A stretch of 42,568 nt of DNA, taken from NCBI GenBank assembly GCA_021779255.1, contig JAJYBC010000003.1:1-42568 (forward strand), read 5' to 3'. Both the position numbers and the translations under genes were made by a program. Positions 18,804 through 28,360 of this stretch are shown here, piece after piece (the stretch's first letter is position 1; the number at the start of each line of letters is the position of its first letter). The DNA comes from a bacterium (GTDB taxonomy: Bacteria; Patescibacteriota; Minisyncoccia; CAIUEV01). The notes beneath the pieces are model-generated. The model saw nothing but the letters and a program-made list of their open reading frames with translations. It was not told the DNA's origin and did not search any database.

Positions 18804-19136
18804 TTACTCTTTTAGTCTCTGTTTGATAAATTTTTTATACTCAACTAAATCTTCCCGACAGGTCTTCCAAATTATTTTCTTATCGATGTTGAAATATTCA
18901 TGAATTAAAAAATTTCTCATACCGATTATCACCCTAAAATCCATTTCAGAATTTTCTTTCTTAAAGTCTCGACTTAATTTATTGGTAGCTTCACCTATAA
19001 CAGCTAATTGTCTAATAATTGCATCGTAGACAATCTCGTCATCGTAAAATTTAGCATACTTTTTACCTTTCGAGTATTTTTCCACCTGCTTAATTGCCTC
19101 TAGGATGTGCTCTAAATAAAAATTATCGTTTTTCAT
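18804..19136 (-). CDS. HEPN/DUF86 (HepT-like) ribonuclease toxin
   Basis: RX4H motif RNFLIH followed by EY, IGEA motif; overlaps the upstream MNT gene. Confidence 0.9.
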   Translation of the reverse strand: MKNDNFYLEHILEAIKQVEKYSKGKKYAKFYDDEIVYDAIIRQLAVIGEATNKLSRDFKKENSEMDFRVIIGMRNFLIHEYFNIDKKIIWKTCREDLVEYKKFIKQRLKE

Positions 19137-19431
19137 AGATTTTGCAAGCTTTAGATAAAACTTCTTCTTTTATCCCTTTCTTTAGTCCCTCCTTAGTAAC
19201 TAAATCCACTTCTTTATCTAAAAACTTTTTCAAACTTAATTTGATTCTAACCAAGTCGAAAAGACCTATTTTAGCACTTTTAGTAAATTCAACTAAAATA
19301 TCCAAATCGCTTCCTTTGCTCGGTTTCCCATGAGCATAAGAACCGAACAGAGAAACTTTTTTAAAACTTTTTTGATAAGGACTAATCTCTACAGCCTCTT
19401 TAATTTTAGCCTTTAAATCCTTGTTGGTCAT
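19123..19431 (-). CDS. Minimal nucleotidyltransferase (MntA-like) antitoxin
   Basis: LFGSYAHGKPSKGSDLD (GSX10DXD) and VDLVT. Confidence 0.9.
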   Translation of the reverse strand: MTNKDLKAKIKEAVEISPYQKSFKKVSLFGSYAHGKPSKGSDLDILVEFTKSAKIGLFDLVRIKLSLKKFLDKEVDLVTKEGLKKGIKEEVLSKACKIYEKR

Positions 19432-19490
19432 CTTTGTTGTTAAAAGCTTACTCCGATAGATAATACCTCGTTTTTACGAAATGTAAAGTC

Positions 19491-21491
19491 TTAGTCGATC
19501 TGAATTTCTGGGGCGCCTTCACAGGCGGGAACCTTGTAAAGTTCTTTTTCTTTAATCAATTCCTTGGGCGGACTGCTCTTGCAAGGCGCTTTGCTGGTCA
19601 CGATTTCTTTAACAATGTTTTCTTCCGCTTGTTTTAGTTGTAAATATTTCGGTTGACCACTGCAAAAACCGTAGTGGTAATCTCCTTGGTTCATATAGCC
19701 ATTCTTAATAGGATAATCTGTCCAAGCTTTAAAATTGTACTCTAAAATAGAGGTATTTAAATCTCCTCTCGGTTGATTCTCGGTCCAATAACGCGCTAAA
19801 TGTCCTCTAACTTGACCGCTGGTCTGACCGGAGCCCGATTTATACGTTACTTCCGGTCTGTTTTTCTTACCTTCGTCAAATTCCTTCATGTTCTTATGGC
19901 TCTGAGTTGTTTCCAAACTACCTATCTGATTAGCACAGGCAATCGCTTCGATCTGACCTCTAGAAAATCCCCCCATTTTATTCAAACAAAACTGGCCGGA
20001 ATGTGTTCCCTCGTGAACTAAGAAATGGGCAATATTAATAATTTTATCTTTATGCGTCACATATATACTGCCACAACCGTCGCAAAGCCCTCCTTCCGGA
20101 TTATCACCAATATGTGCCACGAAACGAAAAATCATTTCGTACCGAAATTGATCGCGGTTGGCAATTCTTTTTAGAGCTTTGAGGATGGCTTGACGAGAAC
20201 CATCACCGTTATTCCAGTCACCAGGGTCTAAATCAGATGTTCCTCCTTGATCTTTATTAATCTTATCCATTCCATCGGATATTTTACCAAAATCATCCGT
20301 TTTACTACCAGTTGGCGCGTTGCTATTAGACATCGATTTCTGCCAACTGTTAGGATCGACCTGTGTCTTATCCGTCGATTGGTTATTATCAGTTTTACTA
20401 TTATCGGTCGCCGTTTTTTCCGTGCGATCGCCGCTGTTGGTCGCATTACTTCTATCATTTACTTCAGCCACCAAAACAGCATTCTCCTTGACTTTAGCCG
20501 TTAGACCCGACAAAGTTTGCTCAATAAAAGTATTTTTGGGATTTTGCGCCTCCAAACTATCCACTGTCTGAGTTAAAGCGGCGATCGCCTGATCGATTTT
20601 TTGCGGGTTGCTTTTGAGATCTGAAAAATTTTGAACGTCTGACAAACCCATTTTAGCTAAATCACCCGATTTCCGAAGAGAATCAAAAGTCAAATTGCCA
20701 ATATAATCGGTTAAATTATTTAAAATTTGCTTTTTCTGACTACTAGTTAGGGTTTGATTATTTTGATCCAAAAGAGACAGATTACTATAGCTAGGGTCGC
20801 CAGCTAGAATACCCAGATAAGTCCCTAAATTATCCGAAAGGGCAGTCGTATCTATTTTTAACTGACCATTCGAAGAATAACCGGCCAAAAAAGGAACTAA
20901 AACTGTTTCTTCTTTATTAACTGAATTTAATTTCGCTGGAACCGAAAAAACAATTTCCTGATTTTCCGGCAAAGAACTTTTGAGTTGAGTTAAAAAAGAA
21001 TCAGCCGAAAAATTACTCGTGATAATACCCGCTTTTTCTTGGCTATTAACAAGTGAAGAAAGCTGGGAGTAAGTTTTCAGTGAAGATAAATAGTCGGCTT
21101 TTGGTAAATCACTGCCCACTTTTTGAGTTCCTAAATTAACATTTTCACTCTCATCAACGCATTGAAATTGCCACCAAGAACCGGCATTTTGATAACCTAC
21201 CGCCGAAATAGCTCCTTTGAGAATTAACCAACCGGCCAGAATTAATGCAAAACCGATAAAAGCTTTTTTGGCTGTTCCCTTGGCTTTTTCCATAAAACTT
21301 TTCCGGCCAACCGAAAAAATATAGGCAAAGCCGGCTAAAATTAGAAAGGCGATGGCCACCGAAAAGCCAATCAGGATAATATAATTATAAATATTAACGG
21401 TGGTGGTCAGCAAACTACAAACACCGCAATCACCGCCTGAGCAAGCCACCAGACTGTCGCTCGCCGCTTGCACTGTTTGAATTAAATTCAT
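19491..21491 (-). CDS. Pilin-like (2-TM, VirB2/TrbC-like) N-terminus fused to a large extracellular region with an HExxH metallopeptidase-like domain
   Basis: C-x4-C-x2-C then two TM helices (AG..YI.S.G) and SWWQFQC; HEGTH at 20001-20015; paralog of 22259-24949. Confidence 0.65.
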   Translation of the reverse strand: MNLIQTVQAASDSLVACSGGDCGVCSLLTTTVNIYNYIILIGFSVAIAFLILAGFAYIFSVGRKSFMEKAKGTAKKAFIGFALILAGWLILKGAISAVGYQNAGSWWQFQCVDESENVNLGTQKVGSDLPKADYLSSLKTYSQLSSLVNSQEKAGIITSNFSADSFLTQLKSSLPENQEIVFSVPAKLNSVNKEETVLVPFLAGYSSNGQLKIDTTALSDNLGTYLGILAGDPSYSNLSLLDQNNQTLTSSQKKQILNNLTDYIGNLTFDSLRKSGDLAKMGLSDVQNFSDLKSNPQKIDQAIAALTQTVDSLEAQNPKNTFIEQTLSGLTAKVKENAVLVAEVNDRSNATNSGDRTEKTATDNSKTDNNQSTDKTQVDPNSWQKSMSNSNAPTGSKTDDFGKISDGMDKINKDQGGTSDLDPGDWNNGDGSRQAILKALKRIANRDQFRYEMIFRFVAHIGDNPEGGLCDGCGSIYVTHKDKIINIAHFLVHEGTHSGQFCLNKMGGFSRGQIEAIACANQIGSLETTQSHKNMKEFDEGKKNRPEVTYKSGSGQTSGQVRGHLARYWTENQPRGDLNTSILEYNFKAWTDYPIKNGYMNQGDYHYGFCSGQPKYLQLKQAEENIVKEIVTSKAPCKSSPPKELIKEKELYKVPACEGAPEIQID

Positions 21492-21592
21492 TTTTTTGTT
21501 TTAATTTTAATTGTCACCCCAAACCTTATTTTGACATCTTAAATTGTTTTAATAATACTAATTATTTTAAATAACGTCTAGCAAACCAGTAC

Positions 21593-21697
21593 TGTCATTA
21601 CCCGGCCACAATCCCTTGGTCAAGCCAGAGGAGGTAATTCAGTCTATTTAGATTGTATTTTTGTCCCTAGATCGCCCGATTAAGTCGAACGATAACA
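21593..21697. repeat. Degenerate bipartite palindromic miniature element (TGTCATTACCCGG...GGTAATTCAG ... CTAGATCGCCCGATTAAGTCGAACGATAACA)
   Basis: Right half shares CT(G/A)GATC..ATTAAGT..GAT(G/A)ACA with 10772-10800; ends are inverted relative to each other. Confidence 0.45.
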
Positions 21698-21721
21698 GCG
21701 TTAACCACAGTGTAATAGCAA

Positions 21722-21755
21722 CATAAAAAAAGAACGTAGTCGGGCTACGTTCTTT
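21722..21755 (-). terminator. Intrinsic terminator after the small secreted-protein gene
   Basis: AAAGAACGTAG-5 nt-CTACGTTCTTT hairpin followed by a T-run on the minus strand. Confidence 0.7.
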
Positions 21756-21781
21756 AAAATTATTCAGTTAACAACTGATTG

Positions 21782-22147
21782 TCAATGTCTAGGATCTATA
21801 ACAATTATCGGCGGTCTCGACCTATTTTGCCCACCCGTACGAGCAAACTCCTCTAGCCAATTAATATTATTCATAACCTCACTGAAATCTATAGAATTGC
21901 GGGGACACACTTGGCGAGCACATTGGCTAGCATTTTCCACAAACGCCATAATAAAATCAGCATTCCAGTCCGCTCCAACCAACAACATTTTGACCTTGCT
22001 GTTGGTATTATTGCGAAGCCAGTTACAATCGAAACACTGCGCTCTTGAAAGTGATACGCTCACAAAAGCTAAGATTAGTACTGTAAGGAGCACTAAAGCC
22101 CAAAAAAAACCTCTACTCAACTTTTCTTCCTTAACTTCAAAACGCAT
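21782..22147 (-). CDS. Small exported/membrane-anchored Cys-containing hypothetical protein
   Basis: Signal-like hydrophobic segment ending SRA-Q, four Cys, strong SD AAGGAGG upstream. Confidence 0.7.
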   Translation of the reverse strand: MRFEVKEEKLSRGFFWALVLLTVLILAFVSVSLSRAQCFDCNWLRNNTNSKVKMLLVGADWNADFIMAFVENASQCARQVCPRNSIDFSEVMNNINWLEEFARTGGQNRSRPPIIVIDPRH

Positions 22148-22258
22148 TTTAAAGCCCTCCTTTTGTGCGATTTCCGTAGTTGCAATATGCTTTTCATATT
22201 TGTAATACGTCCATTATAGTTTCAGAAAAATTCATTTTCGTCAATCTAAAAAGCGATT

Positions 22259-24949
22259 TTACCCACCCAACTTTATTTCTTTCGCTTCTTTGCATCCTTG
22301 TAATTGTTCCTCCTTATAATCTTTATCCGTTAACTGTGGTAAATCGGCGGGTGGTTTGGAAATACATTTAAAAGTATTGGTTCTGTTCATAATTAGCTCG
22401 TTGCGACCGTGTTCGTAGTCATTTAATCTCAAAATATAATCTTCTCCACCCTTGGGCCACCCGTAAACCTGAGTGGGACTAACAGGAGCTCCGTAGCCTT
22501 TGGCATAGCTAGCTGAAGAAGCGACTGCAGTCGGATTCATATCTCCTCGCGGATCAATGTCTCGATCAACCCAGCGACTGGAATAACCTCGACATTCCAG
22601 ACGATCAGTCGAGTTATTTCCTCCCGGAATTTCCAAAACTTTTACTTCTTCTTTTTGACCGGGAACTTCTTTAACCCTGCCAACGCCTCCAATCTCATTA
22701 CTCACCGCTATGTATTCCAAATTTTTATAGCTACTCGACCAACCGTCCAAAGAAAAATCGGCTTGATGAGTTGTCTCGTGAATAATCACTTCATCCAAAG
22801 ATTTAACCGGTAAACCGAAATTAACATGAATTATTCCTGATTCATTAGAAGCAGTATGTCCGCCGCCACCGGAAGGAATCATTAAACTAACATATTTAAA
22901 AATCATTAAATAACGTAATTTATCTTTGGCGTAAATTCTCTTCAGGGCTTCTTTTACTCCTTCGACACCGCCATAAGCCTGTCCGGTGTCGTTATTATTG
23001 GGGATCATCCCTTTGCCGCCTCGCTCTCCCGGATTCGGATCGGTAATTTTCGTATTACCACTATTGCCTTTATTGATCCCTTTGCCGGACGAAGCAGCAT
23101 TTTTACCGGAACCACTGGTCGGATTATTAGCGCCAGTGTTGGAACCGCCGGCAGTTATCGTATTTTTGGGATTAGCAGTTGCTGTGTTTATATTACTATT
23201 TTGATTAAAAAGACCGCTGGAATCCATCTCTCCCGAATTATTATTGCTGTTTTGACCATTATACTGATTATTTTTCTGACAATTAGGATCGAAGGAAAGA
23301 GAAACCGGTTTGCAAGAATAAGCTAACAATTTGCCTTGCTGACAATCCTGATAACCGGTCGGATAAACCGCCCAATTATTACCGATACATTGATCAACTG
23401 GGCATTGTTTGCTTAGCATACCCAAGTCAGAGCAACCACAACCATAATATTGACTAGCTGAATCTTTGTTAATAAATTTCACTTCGGATGGGGAAGTATA
23501 GGGACAAAAATCTTGACTGTTAATAACTCCATCACCATCATCATCAGCAACTTTGGTAATGCAACTGCCCTCCGCGTCGGTACAATCATCTTTTTGACAC
23601 TGGCAAACAGAACTTCCCACCTGAGGAAGTTCATTGCTATATTGTGGCGAATCCCACGAAAGATTGTCTTCCCCGCAAAGATTTGTTTGATTACCACTTT
23701 CTTTAAGCACCCAACTACCTCCGCTGTTTTGACATTTTTGCTCTAAATCAGCCAACGGACGGCAGAAAGCATCGATTTGACCAGCAAGATTGCTATCGCA
23801 TTGACATTTTCCATCAGTCCAAGTGCCTCCGTAATTTTGGCAAACCCACTGTGCTGTCTGATTATTACCGTTTGTATTTTCTTTAGTAACCGCCATAACT
23901 TTAGTCATTTTCATAACTTCCGCCGTCAAAACGGCAATAATTTTTTGACTGTCTACTTGCGGATTATTGGGATCGGCCAAACTAGCAATAATTTCAGCTA
24001 GATCGGCATTTTTTGGATCTTTCAATAAAGTTTTGGTTCGATCGCCTTGTCCCGTTTGATAATCTTTCAACATTGACCCGATTTGCGCAAAAATAGTCGA
24101 GAAATCAGTCCCCGAAGCACTATTTAACACTTGTCCGCTACTGTCAATAATGGATTGATTGTTGGTAAAATTGTTAGTACCTAAATATTGATCTAACAAA
24201 TCAGCATTAGTCACTTGTTGATTATTGTTTGATTGTTTAGCGCTTTCATTAGCCCATTGATCTTGAATTAAAGTCCAGTATTCACCCGCGTTTTTAAGAC
24301 TTAGCTCCTCGCCATTATTTTGAACGGAAAAAAGAGGCAGAAAAGTATTTTCTGCAGAATCAGTTGAGCTCACTTGGGCAGGCGCCAAAAAATTCAAAGT
24401 TTCCCCATTATTTAAACTTTTTAATTCGGCCAACAAAGCTTCTGTATCGGTCGGACCAGTTATTTTACCTGATTTATCCGGACTCGCTAAAAAAGCTTTT
24501 ACGCTGGAAAAAGTTTTTAATTTTTCGTAAAAAGGCGAAAAATAGGGTAATTTTTCACTCCAAAATTGAGTTGTTTCTTGATTGTCCGAAGAGCAACGAA
24601 ATTGCCACCAAGAACCGCTATTTTTGGGTCCGAGAGAAATAATTAATGAGTTGGTGACTATCCAACCGGTAATTATAACAGCAAAGCCGATAAGACCGCT
24701 TTTGAGTAAATTAGCCGATTGTCTAAAAAGATTCCGATTACCGGCGCTCAAAATATAGTTTAAGCCCGCAATAATAACCGCCAGAATAGCCACCACGGAG
24801 CTAACGGCCAAGAAAAAATTATAAGTCGCCGTAATCGTTTCGAATAGCGAGCAAAGATCACAATTAGGACCTTGACAAGTAACGAGACTGGTTTGCTCAG
24901 CCGCTTGAGTGATATTAACTATTTTTTCACCAAGATAAGATAGGAACAT
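22259..24949 (-). CDS. Pilin-like N-terminus + Cys-rich/TSP3-like region + HExxH metallopeptidase-like C-terminal domain
   Basis: CQGPNCDLC, two TM helices and SWWQFRC; DDDGDGVINSQDFCP; HETTH at 22766-22780. Confidence 0.65.
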   Translation of the reverse strand: MFLSYLGEKIVNITQAAEQTSLVTCQGPNCDLCSLFETITATYNFFLAVSSVVAILAVIIAGLNYILSAGNRNLFRQSANLLKSGLIGFAVIITGWIVTNSLIISLGPKNSGSWWQFRCSSDNQETTQFWSEKLPYFSPFYEKLKTFSSVKAFLASPDKSGKITGPTDTEALLAELKSLNNGETLNFLAPAQVSSTDSAENTFLPLFSVQNNGEELSLKNAGEYWTLIQDQWANESAKQSNNNQQVTNADLLDQYLGTNNFTNNQSIIDSSGQVLNSASGTDFSTIFAQIGSMLKDYQTGQGDRTKTLLKDPKNADLAEIIASLADPNNPQVDSQKIIAVLTAEVMKMTKVMAVTKENTNGNNQTAQWVCQNYGGTWTDGKCQCDSNLAGQIDAFCRPLADLEQKCQNSGGSWVLKESGNQTNLCGEDNLSWDSPQYSNELPQVGSSVCQCQKDDCTDAEGSCITKVADDDGDGVINSQDFCPYTSPSEVKFINKDSASQYYGCGCSDLGMLSKQCPVDQCIGNNWAVYPTGYQDCQQGKLLAYSCKPVSLSFDPNCQKNNQYNGQNSNNNSGEMDSSGLFNQNSNINTATANPKNTITAGGSNTGANNPTSGSGKNAASSGKGINKGNSGNTKITDPNPGERGGKGMIPNNNDTGQAYGGVEGVKEALKRIYAKDKLRYLMIFKYVSLMIPSGGGGHTASNESGIIHVNFGLPVKSLDEVIIHETTHQADFSLDGWSSSYKNLEYIAVSNEIGGVGRVKEVPGQKEEVKVLEIPGGNNSTDRLECRGYSSRWVDRDIDPRGDMNPTAVASSASYAKGYGAPVSPTQVYGWPKGGEDYILRLNDYEHGRNELIMNRTNTFKCISKPPADLPQLTDKDYKEEQLQGCKEAKEIKLGG

Positions 24950-24976
24950 TATTTTTTTATTTATATGAACGATTTC

Positions 24977-25004
24977 GTAGGGGCGTATTGCAATACGCCC
25001 CTAC
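24977..25004. repeat. REP family A, perfect 28-bp palindrome GTAGGGGCGTATTGCAATACGCCCCTAC
   Basis: Identical to the copy inside the RAYT gene; 10 bp past the stop of 25015-25656. Confidence 0.95.
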
Positions 25005-25014
25005 GATGGGTACT

Positions 25015-25656
25015 TTATTTCTGCGCTTCTGGTGGCCCCAGTGGAAAATCATCAGGAAGAATGACCATCTCGTTGCCTTTACTCGGATTTACTTCCAAAA
25101 TAATTTTAGAATTAGTCTGAATATCCGACCAATTAGCCTGTTTTTGCAGATAAATTTGCAGTTCCGGTGTCTCCGCTATTTTCTTTTGGATTTCTTGCAT
25201 TTTTTGCTCGTTTTCTTTTTGAAGTTGACTATTGTTGGTATTTTGAGGATCAACTTGACTAAGACTCTGTATTTCTTTCGTTATTTCCCCCGCTTTAGTT
25301 TGATCAAAATTTGGATTTTTTTCTAGTTTAGTCACCGAAGATACCTCGCTCTTATTAAGATTATAGTGAATATCCGCCGAAGCAAGCTGTTTTATAATTA
25401 AATTGTCTCCCGCAATTTTTTCGACTACGCCGGAAATCTGCCGAGGATTAGTACCGATAGATTGAGGCTCACCACTGGTAGAAGGACTGGCGACTGGGTT
25501 ATTTCCTGTTATTGAGGAATTTTTTTGCGAACTGAGAGGAACAGCTTGAACAGCCGAATTACCTTTATTCTTTTTGATAGCCACAATGATTAAAAATAAA
25601 ACTAGGATGACTACTAGTAAAGTAACTCCAATTGCTACCATTTTTCGTTTTTCCAT
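25015..25656 (-). CDS. Membrane-anchored hypothetical protein
   Basis: N-terminal TM, low-complexity linker, small beta-rich domain (ISGVVEKIAGDNLII). Confidence 0.7.
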   Translation of the reverse strand: MEKRKMVAIGVTLLVVILVLFLIIVAIKKNKGNSAVQAVPLSSQKNSSITGNNPVASPSTSGEPQSIGTNPRQISGVVEKIAGDNLIIKQLASADIHYNLNKSEVSSVTKLEKNPNFDQTKAGEITKEIQSLSQVDPQNTNNSQLQKENEQKMQEIQKKIAETPELQIYLQKQANWSDIQTNSKIILEVNPSKGNEMVILPDDFPLGPPEAQK

Positions 25657-25763
25657 TTTTTTTATTTAAAATATTTTTATAAATTTCTCGTTTTTACAAT
25701 TTTACACAATTTTTAAAAAAATGGAAAAAATATTCATAAAAGACATATTATAATCTCTGTTTT

Positions 25764-27653
25764 TTAAAATTGGATAACATCTCCCCATGTATAGCGACAA
25801 CTCGGTTTAGGCTTTTCCAAACAGGCTTTCTGCTGTTTCTGCGTCGTTTTAATTTTTTCCTCTGAAGAAAAATCTTTTCTTTTATTGGAAACGCTTGATT
25901 GACCCTTTTCGGAAAGATTAAGTCGATGAACGGCCAGAGTACCGAAAATCTGAGAAGTCTCTATCGAAAAATTTTCTCCTCGACTACCTCGAAAAAAATC
26001 TGTTTTATCGGTACTTCTGGTAATAGCAAAATAAGTACCCCGCGCAGAAGGTGGATTATTGCTGAAATAATGAACTTTTTGATTGTCACCCGCCAACAAA
26101 TAAAGAATTGGACGATAATAGAAAGAGGGCGCCCAAAGAAAAATTCCATCCGGACTTTGACCTTTTTCCAAGTACGAATTTTTGATCCAATCTGCCAAAG
26201 CTTTCTCTTGTTCCAACGTAACAGGGTAAGCTTCATCTTGAAACAAAATTTGATCTTCGGGATAGTTGCCTCTATCTTCTTTGACAGCACTTTGAGCAAT
26301 ATCAAAACGATTAACCAAATTAAAAATGTTCGAACCCAAGAGAATAATTACCGCTAAAATAGCGATCCTTTGTCCAAAATTAGAGCGAGAAATTTTTTGA
26401 AGAATTAAACCCAAAATAATCCAAAAAGGAACAACCGAAAACAAGAAAAAACGTGGACGTAAAGCAAAAGATAACGAATAAAAAGCCCACCAAGGTACTA
26501 AAACCCAAATGGTCAAAAAAATTAACAATTCACCCCGAATAATTTTTTTACGATCAATTTTTTCTTTTTTGACCCGAAGATAATACCCGTTAATTTTCAT
26601 TTGATGAACTAGCAATTGAACGAAAATCAGGATAATTGAAGCGGAGAAAAGTCCCGCTCCGGCTGTCATAGGTAAGCTTTGACGACATTTATCGTCGCAA
26701 CGAATATCAAAACCGGCTTTAGTCTTCCAAACTGGAAAATCAACCCCCTGATTACCCGTTAATGAGATAAAAAGACCTTTGGGATAAACCCAAAGATTTT
26801 GAATAACTTTTTCCAAAGTGCTATGTTTGGTATCTTTGTTCTCTTTTTTGCCAACAGTAGCAAAAAATTGTTGAGTATTGATACCATGACTCACATATTC
26901 GTTCAATATCAAAGGTGTCTGGACAATCAAAAAAAGCAAGCTGAATACTACCAACTCCTTTCCCCAACCCAAAAGATATTTTTGAGCCAGTGGCGGATCA
27001 AGAAATCTGGCTTGAAGCCAAAAAATCGCGGCGCTAGCAATTAAAATCACCGGCATCGCCACAAAAGAAACAAAGTGCATTTGAGAAAACAAACCTACTG
27101 ATAAAGCTAAAATAGCTACCCAAAGGAGCGATCTTTTTCTATTTGCTTCTTTTTTGGCTTCAAAAAAGTTAAGCCAAGCGTAAATTGTTAGCACCGAGAA
27201 AAAAGGTAGCATATTAGGATTCCAGCTGAAACGATCGTAAGTAACCAAAAAAGTTGAATTAACAGCTAAAGCCACAATTATTAACGCCCACTTGGTTTGT
27301 AAAAATTTACGTAAAGTTAAATAAAAAAGCGGGATCAAAGCTAAATTGGCTAGAATTTCCGGTAAAACAAAGACGGCTGGATGAGTGGAACCAAAAATTT
27401 TAGCCGAAAGATAAAGAAAATAATAGTAAGCTGGCCCTAAACGTAAAAAGCTACCGCCAGCTCGCGGTCCCAATAGAGGTAAATCACTCAAACCTTTCTC
27501 CGCCACATCTTTAATCAAAAAAGCATCTCTCGATTGATCCAATTGAAAGTGAAGCCAGTCAGTCAGGTGAAATAAACGCAAAAAAAACGCCTCGGCCATC
27601 AGGGCAAGAATAACGAGAGCGATAATTTTTTGGCGATACGATAAATGAAACAT
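25764..27653 (-). CDS. GT-C (ArnT/PMT_2, family 39-like) membrane glycosyltransferase
   Basis: FQLDQSRD, PLLGP..LGPAYYY, RFSWNPN and QMH; many TMs. ATG at 27653 preferred. Confidence 0.8.
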   Translation of the reverse strand: MFHLSYRQKIIALVILALMAEAFFLRLFHLTDWLHFQLDQSRDAFLIKDVAEKGLSDLPLLGPRAGGSFLRLGPAYYYFLYLSAKIFGSTHPAVFVLPEILANLALIPLFYLTLRKFLQTKWALIIVALAVNSTFLVTYDRFSWNPNMLPFFSVLTIYAWLNFFEAKKEANRKRSLLWVAILALSVGLFSQMHFVSFVAMPVILIASAAIFWLQARFLDPPLAQKYLLGWGKELVVFSLLFLIVQTPLILNEYVSHGINTQQFFATVGKKENKDTKHSTLEKVIQNLWVYPKGLFISLTGNQGVDFPVWKTKAGFDIRCDDKCRQSLPMTAGAGLFSASIILIFVQLLVHQMKINGYYLRVKKEKIDRKKIIRGELLIFLTIWVLVPWWAFYSLSFALRPRFFLFSVVPFWIILGLILQKISRSNFGQRIAILAVIILLGSNIFNLVNRFDIAQSAVKEDRGNYPEDQILFQDEAYPVTLEQEKALADWIKNSYLEKGQSPDGIFLWAPSFYYRPILYLLAGDNQKVHYFSNNPPSARGTYFAITRSTDKTDFFRGSRGENFSIETSQIFGTLAVHRLNLSEKGQSSVSNKRKDFSSEEKIKTTQKQQKACLEKPKPSCRYTWGDVIQF

Positions 27654-27753
27654 AATAAATTTTATAATTCTGTCTTGTATTAAATTATCACACAATTTCA
27701 ATTTTAAAAAAATATTGTTAAACTAATAAAAAAATAACTTTAAAAAATAAATA

Positions 27754-28341
27754 ATGGAACAAGCAAAATTAAACATCGCGGTGCCGATCGAAATTTCAGC
27801 TCGCCACATTCATTTATCCCCAGAAGATATTACAATCCTTTTCGGTAAGGATTATCAACTAAAAAGAATAAAAAAACTTTCTCAGGCAGAAGACTTTTCC
27901 GCCAAAGAAACGGTTGAAGTCGAAATTAACGAGCAATCTATTAAAAATATCCGAGTCGTCGGACCAGCCAGAGAAAAAACTCAATTAGAAATCACTCTTT
28001 CGGATACTTATAAGATAAAAACTGACATCCCGATTCGCTTATCCGGCGATCTTGAAGGGACTTTCGGTTTTCGTATTATCGGTCCAGCGGGAGTGGTTAT
28101 CAAAGAAGAAGGAGCGATTGTGGCCAAAAGACATCTCCATATTTCACCTGACGAAGCTAAAAAATACGGTTTGGAAAACCAAAAAATAGTCTCTGTCCTT
28201 TATGAAGGTATTCGAGAAATTATTTTTCACAATGTAGAGATCAGAATTAAAAACGATTTTCATTTAGCCGTTCATATTGACGTTGACGAGGCTAACGCCT
28301 GCGGACTAAAAACGTGTGGGTTGGGAACGATCGTAATGTGA
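27754..28341 (+). CDS. pduL: Phosphate propanoyltransferase (PduL-type phosphotransacylase)
   Basis: SARHIHLS, RVVGPAR..TQLEI, RLSGDL, AKRHLH and HIDVDEANA. Confidence 0.92.
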   Translation: MEQAKLNIAVPIEISARHIHLSPEDITILFGKDYQLKRIKKLSQAEDFSAKETVEVEINEQSIKNIRVVGPAREKTQLEITLSDTYKIKTDIPIRLSGDLEGTFGFRIIGPAGVVIKEEGAIVAKRHLHISPDEAKKYGLENQKIVSVLYEGIREIIFHNVEIRIKNDFHLAVHIDVDEANACGLKTCGLGTIVM

Positions 28342-28360
28342 TATGGTACAGATAAATCGC

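Noticed and set aside
22213-22244. Minus-strand promoter TTGACG...TATAAT for the small gene
   Set aside because: Spacer is 20 bp, too long to call with confidence
18708-24949. Integrative element or prophage at tRNA-Leu
   Set aside because: No integrase, phage genes or duplicated tRNA 3' end (att site) found
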